From the NCBI GenBank assembly GCA_963827275.1, contig CAWHAA010000009.1:96001-160000 (forward strand): 64,000 nt of DNA, read 5' to 3'. Position numbers and translations under genes: made by a program. Source of the stretch: an uncultured Spirochaetota bacterium (GTDB lineage Bacteria; Spirochaetota; UBA4802; UBA5550). This document shows, in pieces, positions 19,077 to 28,914 of the stretch (position 1 is the stretch's first letter; each line of letters begins with the position of its first letter). The notes under the pieces were generated by a model, which searched no databases, had not been told where the DNA came from, and saw only the letters and a program-made list of their open reading frames with translations.

Positions 19077-20906
19077 ATGAAACAGGAAACAATCAATAAA
19101 ACAATACAGAAATACAATGCCGCGTCAGAGCATATGATGCTTATCCTGCGTGACCTGGAAGTCCAGTCCGGCAAGAACGTGCTGGACGTTCAGACGCTGC
19201 GATCAGTCGCGGAACAGATGAATGTCCCCGAAAGCGCGGTCGCCGGGTTTGTCGGGTTCTACACCATGTTTAAAACGGAACCGCGCGCGAAGTTCGTCAT
19301 CCGGGTGTGCAAGTCGGGCCCCTGCCATGTCATGGGTTCCACCACGGTATTCGACGCCATACAGAAGCACCTCGGCATCGGTATCGGCGAGGCGACGAAA
19401 GACGGGCTGTTCTTTCTTGAAAAATGCGAGTGCCTCGGGGTCTGCTCCGTGGCGCCGGCGATGATGGTCAATTACGATATCCACGGAAACCTCACCCCGA
19501 AGAAAATCGTTTCACTGCTGAATACCTACAAAAAAATGAAGCCCTCTCTGCTGGAATCTTGCGGAGACGAGGTCGAGGGGAAGAACTGCATCATCGAAGA
19601 ACCGAAGCAGACGAAGCGCCTGCTCGCGGACATCGGGAAGGTCGATCCCCTTGCGATAGACAGCTATATCTCGGCGGGAGGATACGGTCCGCTCAAAAAA
19701 TCATTATCGATGGACCCCGGAACGGTCGTGGGCCTGGTCAAGGACTCCGGCCTCCGCGGCAGGGGCGGCGCGGGGTTCCCGGCCGGAATGAAATGGTCGT
19801 TTGTCGGGAAGGGCCCGATGCAGAAATATGTGATATGCAACGCTGACGAGGGGGAGCCCGGCACCTTCAAAGACCGGATCCTCATGGAAGAAAACCCGCA
19901 CCTGCTGCTCGAGGGGATGGCCATCTGCGGTCATGCGATCGGCGCGACCGTGGGCTATATCTATATCAGGGGAGAGTACCGGCGTTCGATCGAACGGCTC
20001 CAGAGGGCCATTGATCAGGCGCGCGAAAAGGGTGTCCTCGGGAAAAACATATACGGGTCCGGGTTTGATTTCGATGTGTATATAAAAGAAGGGGGCGGGG
20101 CCTACGTATGCGGCGAGGAGACCTCCCTCATCAATTCAATGGAAGGGAAGAGGGGGTATCCCCGCTTCAAGCCGCCGTTCCCGGGCGGGGCCGGCTTCAA
20201 TAATCTTCCTTCAAACGTCAATAACGTTGAGACGCTCATGTCGGTACCCATGATCATCGATAAGGGCCCCGAGTGGTATAAATCCGTCGGTCCGACGAAC
20301 TGCTCCGGCACCAAGCTGTACTGCCTTTCCGGACAGCTTAACCGGACGGGCCTGGTGGAGCTGCCCATGGGCGCGACCCTGAAAGAGATCATCAACGTAT
20401 ACGGGAAGGGGATGCCGAAGGGAAAGAAATTCAAGTTCGCGCAGGTAGGCGGAAGCGCCGGCGGCATTCTCGGCAAGGACCTTATGGACCTGCCGCTTGA
20501 CATCGACCAGCCGATAAAGCAGGGGGTAACCCTTGGCTCCGGCGTCGTCCTGGTGTGCGACGACAAAACGTGCGCGGTCGATTTTCTTCTGCAGATAATG
20601 AGCTTCTTCGAGCACGAGTCGTGCGGGCAGTGCGTCCCCTGCCGCGTGGGCACGTCGCACCTCCACCATCTGGTAAAGAAATTCGCCTCGCGGACCGCGG
20701 TCCCGGCGGATATCGATCTTCTGGTGGAAAAGGCGACGGTCATGAAAAAGGCGTCGCTGTGCGCGCTCGGCCAGTCGCCAATCATGCCCATTACCACGAC
20801 GCTGAAATACTTCAGGAAAGAGTTCCTGGAGCACTGTGATCCGAAACACAAATGCCCGCAATGCGACAGGTCGCTAAGCCGGTATTATGCCGGCGGCGGG
20901 CATTGA
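19077..20906 (+). CDS. NuoE-NuoF fused NAD(H)/FMN-binding subunit of the FDH
   Basis: CKSGPC...CLGVC (2Fe-2S), GLRGRGGAGF, NADEGEPGTFKDR, GAYVCGEET, SCGQCVPCR...C; ATG at 19077 just after the FDH stop. Confidence 0.9.
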   Translation: MKQETINKTIQKYNAASEHMMLILRDLEVQSGKNVLDVQTLRSVAEQMNVPESAVAGFVGFYTMFKTEPRAKFVIRVCKSGPCHVMGSTTVFDAIQKHLGIGIGEATKDGLFFLEKCECLGVCSVAPAMMVNYDIHGNLTPKKIVSLLNTYKKMKPSLLESCGDEVEGKNCIIEEPKQTKRLLADIGKVDPLAIDSYISAGGYGPLKKSLSMDPGTVVGLVKDSGLRGRGGAGFPAGMKWSFVGKGPMQKYVICNADEGEPGTFKDRILMEENPHLLLEGMAICGHAIGATVGYIYIRGEYRRSIERLQRAIDQAREKGVLGKNIYGSGFDFDVYIKEGGGAYVCGEETSLINSMEGKRGYPRFKPPFPGGAGFNNLPSNVNNVETLMSVPMIIDKGPEWYKSVGPTNCSGTKLYCLSGQLNRTGLVELPMGATLKEIINVYGKGMPKGKKFKFAQVGGSAGGILGKDLMDLPLDIDQPIKQGVTLGSGVVLVCDDKTCAVDFLLQIMSFFEHESCGQCVPCRVGTSHLHHLVKKFASRTAVPADIDLLVEKATVMKKASLCALGQSPIMPITTTLKYFRKEFLEHCDPKHKCPQCDRSLSRYYAGGGH

Positions 20907-20965
20907 TGTTATAAACATTAATAACACTTATACTAATAGGTGATCAGAAAAAATTTGGAGGAAAT

Positions 20966-22243
20966 ATGAGTAACGAGAACCTGGAATCAAAAAGATGGCT
21001 GATTGCCATCGCGGCTGTTGTCATACAGCTCTGCCTCGGTACCGTGTACGCATGGTCTGTTTTTAAACTGCCATTGATGGACATGTGGGGCTGGGACGGA
21101 AAGACGGTGCAGTATACTTTCATGCTGCTGATGCTCATCATTGGTCTTGCAGCCGCCTTCGGCGGAACGCTGGTGCTTAAAAAAGGCCCCCGTTTCGTGG
21201 CTACCATCGGCGGTATTCTCTTCGGTATTGGAACCCTGGTCGCAGGTTATGCTGCCCAGACAGGAAACATTGCTCTTCTCTATCTCGGCTTTGGCGTAAT
21301 CGCGGCCCTCGGTAATGGTTTCGGATATGTTACTCCTATCGCGACGCTGATCCAATGGTTCCCTGACAAGCGCGGCCTGGTTACCGGCCTTGCCGTTATG
21401 GGTTTCGGCGCCGGCGCATTTTTCATGGGAAAAATTGCACCTGCCATGATCAAAGCGTACAATGTGGTTGATGAAGCCGGCAAGGTCACTTCTACCGGTG
21501 TGGCCATGACCTGGTATATCTGGGGCATTATTTTTCTTGTTCTTGTTGTGGGCGCGGCCCAGATGTTCAAGAACCCGCCAAAGGGATGGCTGCCTGCCGG
21601 ATTTACACCTGCCAAGACATCCGTTTCCGCCGCTGATTCCTTCCAGTTCGGCGAAGCGGTGAAAAGGCCCCAGTGGTGGATGCTGTGGGCAATGCTCTGC
21701 CTCAACGTCTCAGCCGGTCTTGGACTTATTTCCCAGCACTCTCCGCTGGCGCAAAAAATGTTTACTTTTTCAAACCCGGATGTAGTCGATGCGGCGGTTA
21801 TAGCAGCTGCCGGCGGGACCGTTGTGGCTGTTGCCGCCATATTTAACGGTCTTGGAAGGCTCTTCTGGGCAAAACTTTCAGACAATATCGGCCGCAAGAT
21901 GGTCTTCATGATCATGTTCGCAACCCAGGCCGTTTTGTATCTGCTCGTTGCCCTGGGCTATGTACCGAGTTACACGCTCTTCCTCGTGGTGTCCTGCTAC
22001 CTGCTCGCATGCTACGGCGGCGGATTCGCCACCATGCCTGCGTTTGCGGCTGACTCCTTCGGCCCGGCCTATATCGGCAAGGTCTATGGATTCATGCTCA
22101 CTGCCTGGAGCGCTGCCGGTATTATCGGTCCCCTTGTTTTCGAGGCATTTAAACCCCAGGCGCTGTATATTGCAGCCGGTCTTTTAACTGTTGGTTTTCT
22201 GATTGCCCTGGTCTACAAGGCACCTAAAGGTAAAAACGCATAA
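20966..22243 (+). CDS. OFA family MFS transporter (oxalate/formate antiporter-like)
   Basis: LGTVYAWSVF, WFPDKRGLVTGL, FNGLGRLFW, YGGGFATMPA; many TM helices. Confidence 0.88.
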   Translation: MSNENLESKRWLIAIAAVVIQLCLGTVYAWSVFKLPLMDMWGWDGKTVQYTFMLLMLIIGLAAAFGGTLVLKKGPRFVATIGGILFGIGTLVAGYAAQTGNIALLYLGFGVIAALGNGFGYVTPIATLIQWFPDKRGLVTGLAVMGFGAGAFFMGKIAPAMIKAYNVVDEAGKVTSTGVAMTWYIWGIIFLVLVVGAAQMFKNPPKGWLPAGFTPAKTSVSAADSFQFGEAVKRPQWWMLWAMLCLNVSAGLGLISQHSPLAQKMFTFSNPDVVDAAVIAAAGGTVVAVAAIFNGLGRLFWAKLSDNIGRKMVFMIMFATQAVLYLLVALGYVPSYTLFLVVSCYLLACYGGGFATMPAFAADSFGPAYIGKVYGFMLTAWSAAGIIGPLVFEAFKPQALYIAAGLLTVGFLIALVYKAPKGKNA

Positions 22244-22256
22244 TCAGTAACATGGA

Positions 22257-22299
22257 CGCCAGGATCCCGGGATAGCCCGGGGTCCTGGCGCTTTTCTTT
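22257..22299 (+). terminator. Rho-independent terminator after the OFA transporter
   Basis: CGCCAGGATCCCGGG-ATAG-CCCGGGGTCCTGGCG followed by CTTTTCTTT. Confidence 0.8.
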
Positions 22300-22345
22300 C
22301 TCCGCATGCTGATGCGGATACTGTGAGCAAAAGGGGACGGTGCAT

Positions 22346-22813
22346 ATGGAAAATGTAACACTTGAGAATCTTATTGATAAGGCTATATTGAGAGAGGAAG
22401 AGGCTTTCGATTTTTATGCGAAGCTGGGAAACACCGTCGCCGACCCAATGGCAAAAGACGCGTTAAAGTTTCTCGCCGATCAGGAGAAAAAGCACAAGGA
22501 ATTTCTCGTGTCATATAAAAGCGGGAAAACCGGCTCCGGCGCGCTGAGAATGACGGATGTCATCGATTATAAAGTCGCACAGCACCTCGATAAGCCGGAC
22601 ATTGAGAAAAATCTTGATTCGAAGGATGTCTACCTCGTGGCCGCCCACCGTGAGATGAATTCATACAACTTTTACAAGGGACTGGCTGATATTCAGCCCG
22701 AGGGTGAGGTAAAAGAGATGCTTCTCAAAATGGCCAATGAAGAGATGAAGCACAAGGAAAAAGTCGAATACCTGTATTCGAACACGGCATTTACCCAGAC
22801 CCAGGGCGGCTGA
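22346..22813 (+). CDS. Ferritin-like / rubrerythrin family di-iron protein
   Basis: AILREEEAFDFY...QEKKH and REMNSYNFY...EEMKH repeats. Confidence 0.85.
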   Translation: MENVTLENLIDKAILREEEAFDFYAKLGNTVADPMAKDALKFLADQEKKHKEFLVSYKSGKTGSGALRMTDVIDYKVAQHLDKPDIEKNLDSKDVYLVAAHREMNSYNFYKGLADIQPEGEVKEMLLKMANEEMKHKEKVEYLYSNTAFTQTQGG

Positions 22814-22880
22814 TTTTCGGCGAACGATATACGGGTGAGCAATTATACGGATAGTTTATTACGTCACTGGAGGAGTATGT

Positions 22881-23255
22881 ATGTCTGAAAAAAAACTGAT
22901 ATTGGTAATTGACGATGATATCGATATCGTCGATTCAATCAAGGTTGTTCTTGAAAAAAACGGCTTTGATGTGGCCACGGCAATGAGCGGACATGAAGGA
23001 ATAGACGCAGCAATACAAAAAAAACCTGATTTAATCCTCTGCGACATGATGATGGAACGGATCGACGAGGGCTCGAAGGTGGCGGAGGAGCTTAAAAAAA
23101 AGGGCGTACCCGCTCCCATTTTCCTGCTCAGCAGCATCGGTGATGCGACCGCGGCAAATATTGATGTAGATAATCTTGGTTTCAAGGGTGTTTTCCAGAA
23201 ACCGGTAAAATCAGACTATCTGGTATGGGCCATTAAGAAGACACTCAATATGTGA
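22881..23255 (+). CDS. Stand-alone response regulator receiver
   Basis: ILVIDDD, PDLILCDMMM, FQKPV. Confidence 0.92.
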   Translation: MSEKKLILVIDDDIDIVDSIKVVLEKNGFDVATAMSGHEGIDAAIQKKPDLILCDMMMERIDEGSKVAEELKKKGVPAPIFLLSSIGDATAANIDVDNLGFKGVFQKPVKSDYLVWAIKKTLNM

Positions 23256-23417
23256 GTATGGCATCATGAGCAGAAGCGGTTATACGACGGGTGTTGCGTA
23301 AATTATTTTTCGATGTTTACACGCCATATGTTATCATACCGATAATCCCGAAAATATCTATCTTGTTGTCTTTACCTCATTATTGAAAAGCATACAAAAA
23401 ATTCAAAAAGAGGAACT

Positions 23418-25229
23418 ATGGATGGCATGGGCAATGTAGTCGAAAGAGCTGTAAAAAAACATGGCGCGCATGCCTCCGCATTGATTGATATTTTACGAGA
23501 TGTACAGGGCGAATTGGGATACATTCCGGATGAGGCATCGGCACTGGTTGCGGAGAGTCTTTCTATCTCAAAAATCGATGTCGATGGCGTTGTCTCCTTC
23601 TATCATTTATTTTCCCGTGACCACCGCGGGAAGTATACAGTCTACCTGAACAACAGTGCCGTGGCCGTCATGAAGGGGAGGGAGGCCGTGGCGCGGGCCT
23701 TCGAAAAAGCGGCAGGGTGCTCGTTCGGCACAACAACATTTGATGCCCAGATCGGCCTCTATGACACGTCAGATATCGGCATGAACGACCAGGAACCCGC
23801 GGCGCTGATAAACGGAATCGTGTTTACCAACCTTACCCCCGAAAAGGCGAAAGACCTCGTGTTCCAGATGAAGGCCGGCAAGAATGTCGCGTCCATGGTC
23901 AAGGAGAGCGGTGAGGGCCGGAACAGGTCCGATCTTATCCGCGCCATGGTGAAGAACAATATCCGGAAGCATGGCCAGGTGGTCTTTGTCCCGTATGAAG
24001 CCGGCTCCGGCATAAGAAAAGCGCTCGCCATGACGCCGGAAGAAGTGATTGATGAGGTGAAAAAATCAAACCTCCGCGGACGCGGCGGTGCGGGATTCCC
24101 CACCGGGATGAAATGGGACTTCACGCGCAACGCAAAGGGCAAGAAAGCCTATATTATCTGCAACGGTGACGAGGGTGAACCGGGGACCTTCAAGGACCGC
24201 GTGATTTTAACCGAAAGAACTGAAATGCTTTTTGACGGGATGGCGGTAGCGGGATATGCGATCGGCGCCGCCGAGGGAATCCTCTACCTCCGGGCGGAGT
24301 ACGAATACTTATTGAAGCACCTTGAAAGCGTGCGTGACTCTATGCGGAAAAACAACTTGCTGGGGAAGCACATCGCGGGCAGGAGGGGCTTCAATTTTGA
24401 TATAACAATCAAGCTCGGCGCCGGCGCCTATATATGCGGCGAAGAGTCGGCGCTCATAGCGTCTGCGGAGGGCAAGCGCGGCGAGCCCCGCAACCGGCCG
24501 CCGTTCCCGCCGCAGAGCGGGTACTTCGGACACCCGACTTCCGTGAATAATGTGGAGAGCCTCTGCGCGGTCGCGCGGATCATGGTGCAGAGCGCCGTGT
24601 GGTTCACCAAGATGGGCACCTCCCAGTCGTTCGGCACCAAGGTGCTGTCGCTCTCCGGCGACTGTGCCAGGCCGGGCATCTACGAGGTCGAGTTCGGCGC
24701 CACGCTGCAGAGCCTTCTTGACGAGGCGGGCGGCTCGGACGCCGTGGCCGTTCAGGTGGGCGGCCCGTCCGGTACGTGCGTGGGGCGGAAGGATTTCGGG
24801 AAGCAGATATCCTTCGAGGAGCTCGCCACCGGCGGCTCGATCATCATCATCGGTCCGGACCGCGATCTTCTCGATATCGTGCATAATTTCATGGAATTTT
24901 TTGTCGAGGAATCATGCGGCTGGTGCACGCCCTGCCGCGCCGGCAACATGATCCTGAAAAAGAAGCTCGAGAAAATAATGGCGGGCAAGGGGACCGGAAC
25001 CGACCTGAATGAAATGGAGCAATGGTGCCGGCTCGTCAAGGCGACGAGCCGCTGCGGGCTCGGGCAGACATCGCCCAATCCGATAGCGTCCACCATCGAA
25101 AATTTCCGGGAAGTCTACGAGGCGAAATTGCAGAAGGGCGTTGACTTTGCGACCGAGTTCGACCTGGGCAAGGCGGTGCAGGAGTACTGCAGGGCGGCGG
25201 GAAGAAAACCAGGCATCGAGATATATTAA
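23418..25229 (+). CDS. hoxF: NAD-reducing hydrogenase diaphorase subunit HoxF
   Basis: Degenerate NuoE-like N-terminus (SDIGMNDQEPA), LRGRGGAGFPTG, DEGEPGTFKDR, SCGWCTPCR. Confidence 0.92.
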   Translation: MDGMGNVVERAVKKHGAHASALIDILRDVQGELGYIPDEASALVAESLSISKIDVDGVVSFYHLFSRDHRGKYTVYLNNSAVAVMKGREAVARAFEKAAGCSFGTTTFDAQIGLYDTSDIGMNDQEPAALINGIVFTNLTPEKAKDLVFQMKAGKNVASMVKESGEGRNRSDLIRAMVKNNIRKHGQVVFVPYEAGSGIRKALAMTPEEVIDEVKKSNLRGRGGAGFPTGMKWDFTRNAKGKKAYIICNGDEGEPGTFKDRVILTERTEMLFDGMAVAGYAIGAAEGILYLRAEYEYLLKHLESVRDSMRKNNLLGKHIAGRRGFNFDITIKLGAGAYICGEESALIASAEGKRGEPRNRPPFPPQSGYFGHPTSVNNVESLCAVARIMVQSAVWFTKMGTSQSFGTKVLSLSGDCARPGIYEVEFGATLQSLLDEAGGSDAVAVQVGGPSGTCVGRKDFGKQISFEELATGGSIIIIGPDRDLLDIVHNFMEFFVEESCGWCTPCRAGNMILKKKLEKIMAGKGTGTDLNEMEQWCRLVKATSRCGLGQTSPNPIASTIENFREVYEAKLQKGVDFATEFDLGKAVQEYCRAAGRKPGIEIY

Positions 25230-25237
25230 ATACCGCT

Positions 25238-25933
25238 ATGAGTAAAATAACGTTCGAAATAGACGGAAAAGAATGCACCGGCAAGGCGGGCCAGACGATC
25301 GTCGAGGCTGCCCGCGTAAACGGTATATATATTCCTGTGCTCTGCTGGTACGAGGGGCTGAAGCCTGCCGGGGCCTGCCGCATCTGCACGGTGAAGGTCG
25401 GGGGCCGGAACATGGCCGCCTGCACCACGCCGGTGGCGGAGGGGATGATCGTTGAGAACGCGGTTCCCGAGCTGGAAGACATGCGCAAGGCGATCGTCGA
25501 AATGCTGTTCGTAGAGGGCAACCACATGTGCCCCGCCTGCGAAAAGAGCGGCAATTGCGAGCTGCAGGCATTGGGGTACCGGTACCAGCTCCTTGCGCCC
25601 CGGTTTCCCTATCTCTTTCCGAAGCGCACAATGGATGCGGCATACACGAAGATCATGATCGACAACAACCGGTGCGTCCAGTGCCGGCGGTGCGTGCGAG
25701 GTATCGTTACGAAGGATGGGAAACACATTTTCTCGATGATGAACAGGTCGGGTCGTTCGACGATTGTTGCCGATCCGGTGCTTGAAGCGGTCATGTCCGA
25801 AGAAATGGCGCGCAAAGCAATGGACCAGTGTCCGGTTGGCGCGATCTTGAAGAAAGAAGTCGGCTTCGAGGTGCCCATCGGCAGGCGCAGGTTCGACAGG
25901 GCGCCTATCGGCAGCGAAATCCCGGCAAAATAG
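25238..25933 (+). CDS. hoxU: NAD-reducing hydrogenase subunit HoxU
   Basis: 2Fe-2S (C..GACRIC..C), HMCPACEKSGNC, CVQCRRC, CPVGA. Confidence 0.93.
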   Translation: MSKITFEIDGKECTGKAGQTIVEAARVNGIYIPVLCWYEGLKPAGACRICTVKVGGRNMAACTTPVAEGMIVENAVPELEDMRKAIVEMLFVEGNHMCPACEKSGNCELQALGYRYQLLAPRFPYLFPKRTMDAAYTKIMIDNNRCVQCRRCVRGIVTKDGKHIFSMMNRSGRSTIVADPVLEAVMSEEMARKAMDQCPVGAILKKEVGFEVPIGRRRFDRAPIGSEIPAK

Positions 25934-25946
25934 GAAGGGAGGTAAC

Positions 25947-26489
25947 ATGGCGGGCAAACCAGTTGTGGCCACAGCATCCCTGGCCGGTTGTTTCGGATGC
26001 CACATGTCCTTGCTGGACATAGATGAGAGGATACTGCAGCTCATCGAACTTGTCGAATTCAACAAGTCGCCGATTGATGATATAAAGAGATTCACGAAGC
26101 CGGTGGATGTCGGCATCATCGAAGGTGGGTGCTGCAACAGCGAGAACGTGGAGAACCTTGTCGGGTTCCGCAAGAATTGCAAGGTGCTGATTTCCCTGGG
26201 AGAATGCGCCATAATGGGGGGGCTGCCCGCAATGCGGAACGGCATTGCCATCAGGGAGTGTCTCGAGGAGTCATATCTCAACTGCCTTACCGTGGACGAC
26301 AAGATCATCCCCAATGATCCTGAAATCCCCATGATACTGGACAGGGTATATCCCCTGCATGAAATTGTGAAGATCGACTATTACCTTCCCGGTTGCCCTC
26401 CGCGCGCGGACCTGATATGGGAAGCGCTGACGGCGCTCCTTTCCGGAAGGCCCCTCAGTATCCCGCATGATGCGTTACGGTACGATTAA
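25947..26489 (+). CDS. hoxY: NAD-reducing hydrogenase small subunit HoxY
   Basis: GCFGCHMS, GECA, PGCPP. Confidence 0.93.
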   Translation: MAGKPVVATASLAGCFGCHMSLLDIDERILQLIELVEFNKSPIDDIKRFTKPVDVGIIEGGCCNSENVENLVGFRKNCKVLISLGECAIMGGLPAMRNGIAIRECLEESYLNCLTVDDKIIPNDPEIPMILDRVYPLHEIVKIDYYLPGCPPRADLIWEALTALLSGRPLSIPHDALRYD

Positions 26490-26500
26490 GTGAGACGATC

Positions 26501-27952
26501 ATGACGAGAAAGATAACGATTGATCCGGTGACACGGGTCGAGGGACACGGGAAGGTGACCATACAGCTCGACGATGACAACAACGTGGTCCAATCGCGTC
26601 TCCATATCGTTGAGTTCCGCGGTTTTGAGCGCTTTGTCCAGGGCCGGCCCTACTGGGAGGCCCCGGTGCTGGTGCAGCGGCTGTGCGGTATCTGCCCGGT
26701 GAGCCATCACCTGGCCGCGGCCAAGGCGATGGATGTGATCGTGGGCGCGGGGACCGGCGATGGCCTCACGCCTACCGGTGAGAAGATGCGGCGGCTCATG
26801 CATTACGGCCAGACCTTTCAGTCCCATACCCTCCATTTTTTCCACCTTGCGTCGCCCGATCTCCTCTTCGGGGTCGATGCCGACCCCGCGATACGCAATA
26901 TCATCGGGATTGCCCTTGAGCACAAGGAGCTTGCCGTCCAGGCGGTGCTGATGCGCAAGTTCGGCCAGGAGATCATCAGGGCAACCGCGGGCAAGAAGAT
27001 CCATGGCACCGGCGCGATACCGGGCGGCATCAACAAGAGCCTGAGCCCTGAAGAGCGGGACGAGTTCCTGAAGGGCGCCGACCCGCTCAACGCCGACAAG
27101 ATGATTTCCTGGGCGCAGGCGGCGGTGGCCTTCTTCAAGGACTTCCATTCGAAGCATAAAGACATGATCGACAACTTCGCGGTCTTCCCGTCGAACCACC
27201 TCAGCCTGGTCCGGAAGGACGGGGCGCTCGACCTTTACCACGGGGTGCTGCGCGCTGTCGATCCCGTGGGAAAGAAGATCCTGAACGATGTTGATTACCA
27301 GGATTATTACAACCATATCGGCGAGGAGGTCAGGAGCTGGAGCTACATGAAGTTCCCCTACCTCAAGTCGATCGGCAAGAGCGACGGGTGGTACACGGTG
27401 GGTCCGCTGGCGCGGCTCAACACATGCGACTTCATCCCGACACCGCTCGCGCAGAAGGAGTTCGAGGAGTTCAAGGCCTACACGAACGGCAGGCCGAACA
27501 ACATGTCGATGCACATGCACTGGGCGCGGCTCATCGAGAACCTGCACGCGGCCGAGATGATCAAGCAGCTGCTCCTTGACAAGGACCTCCAGGGCAGGGA
27601 TCTGGTGGTAAAAGGGAATAAGGCGCATGAGGGCGTCGGCCTTATCGAGGCGCCGCGGGGCACCCTGTTCCACCATTACAGGATCAACGAGCAGGACCAG
27701 ATCGTAATGGCGAACCTGATCGTGTCCACCACTAACAACAACGAGCCCATGAACCGGGCCGTATCGCACGTGGCGAAGAGCCTGTTCACCGGCAGGGCGG
27801 AGATTACCGAGGGCATGATGAACAGCGTTGAGGTGGCCATCAGGGCGTACGACCCGTGCCTTTCATGCGCGACCCATGCGCTGGGTAAAATGCCCCTCGA
27901 GGTGGCCATGTATGACGCACGGGGCGATATCATCGACATGAAGAGTAAATAG
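26501..27952 (+). CDS. hoxH: Group 3d [NiFe]-hydrogenase large subunit HoxH
   Basis: TRVEGH; L1 RLCGICPVSH; EAPRGTLFHHY; L2 DPCLSCATH plus cleavable C-terminal tail. Confidence 0.96.
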   Translation: MTRKITIDPVTRVEGHGKVTIQLDDDNNVVQSRLHIVEFRGFERFVQGRPYWEAPVLVQRLCGICPVSHHLAAAKAMDVIVGAGTGDGLTPTGEKMRRLMHYGQTFQSHTLHFFHLASPDLLFGVDADPAIRNIIGIALEHKELAVQAVLMRKFGQEIIRATAGKKIHGTGAIPGGINKSLSPEERDEFLKGADPLNADKMISWAQAAVAFFKDFHSKHKDMIDNFAVFPSNHLSLVRKDGALDLYHGVLRAVDPVGKKILNDVDYQDYYNHIGEEVRSWSYMKFPYLKSIGKSDGWYTVGPLARLNTCDFIPTPLAQKEFEEFKAYTNGRPNNMSMHMHWARLIENLHAAEMIKQLLLDKDLQGRDLVVKGNKAHEGVGLIEAPRGTLFHHYRINEQDQIVMANLIVSTTNNNEPMNRAVSHVAKSLFTGRAEITEGMMNSVEVAIRAYDPCLSCATHALGKMPLEVAMYDARGDIIDMKSK

Positions 27953-27957
27953 GAGCT

Positions 27958-28428
27958 ATGCGAAACAAGGTACTGGTGTACGGATACGGCAACCCGGGCC
28001 GCCAGGATGACGGCCTGGGGCCCGCCCTCGTGGAGCGCCTTGCCGCGGAGCGTCTTTCGGGCGTCGCCACGGACAGCAATTACCAGCTGCAGGTGGAGGA
28101 CGCGCTGTCGGTGTCAGAGAGCGACACGGTGATATTCGTCGACGCGGCGGTAAGCGGGGAGGAGCCTTTCTCGTTCACGGAGCTGGAACCGGCGGATGAA
28201 ATCACCTTCACCACGCACTCCGTCTCCCCCGGCTCCGTCCTGGCCCTCTGCAATGAGATGTATGGTCGGGCGGTCCGGGCCTATGTCCTCGCCATACGGG
28301 GGTACGGGTGGGAGTTCCTTGAGGAGTTGACGCCCGTGGCGCAACAGAATCTCGATCAGGCGCTCTGTTTTATAAAGAAAAAAATCGATGACATTATTAA
28401 TGCGCCCGATACTATGACATTTAATTAA
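27958..28428 (+). CDS. hoxW: Hydrogenase maturation protease
   Basis: GYGNPGRQDDGLG, FVDA, TTH; follows hoxH. Confidence 0.9.
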   Translation: MRNKVLVYGYGNPGRQDDGLGPALVERLAAERLSGVATDSNYQLQVEDALSVSESDTVIFVDAAVSGEEPFSFTELEPADEITFTTHSVSPGSVLALCNEMYGRAVRAYVLAIRGYGWEFLEELTPVAQQNLDQALCFIKKKIDDIINAPDTMTFN

Positions 28429-28446
28429 CATCAAAGGAGTTATCAA

Positions 28447-28824
28447 ATGGCAGAAAAGAAAAAGATACTCGTTATCGATGACGATATTGACATTACCGAA
28501 TCGATCAAGGCGGTCCTCGCGGCACACGGTTTTGAAGCGTTCGCGGCGACCAACAGCAGGGACGGGGTCGATGCGGTCGATAAGGTAAAGCCGGACCTGG
28601 TTCTCTGCGACATGATGATGGAGCAGGTTGACGCCGGCTCCAGGGTCGCCCATGATATCAGGAAAAAGGACAAAAAGCTGCCCATATTTCTCTTGAGCAG
28701 CATCGGCGCGGCGACCGCGCAGAACATCGAGCTTGACAAGCTCGGCTTCAACGGGGTGTTCCAGAAGCCGGTGTCGCCCGACCAGATGATCAAGACCATA
28801 AAGAAAGCGCTTCACATGCAATGA
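28447..28824 (+). CDS. Stand-alone response regulator receiver, paralog of 22881
   Basis: ILVIDDD, PDLVLCDMMM, PIFLLSSIG, FQKPV. Confidence 0.92.
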   Translation: MAEKKKILVIDDDIDITESIKAVLAAHGFEAFAATNSRDGVDAVDKVKPDLVLCDMMMEQVDAGSRVAHDIRKKDKKLPIFLLSSIGAATAQNIELDKLGFNGVFQKPVSPDQMIKTIKKALHMQ

Positions 28825-28914
28825 CATGCGCTGACCCGGAGGCGGGCCATGAACACTGCGGGCCCGTTTTCGGGTCATCTCGAGACGGGTCAATGCCGCC
28901 CCCGGCCGCTGCCG

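Noticed and set aside
19077..20906. Respiratory complex I nuoEF, or a bifurcating HydB/HylB
   Set aside because: No membrane nuo genes nearby; it lacks the C-terminal ferredoxin domain and the AFM/GGPSG signatures.
26501..27952. [NiFeSe] hydrogenase
   Set aside because: The L2 motif is DPCLSC with Cys codons; there is no in-frame UGA.
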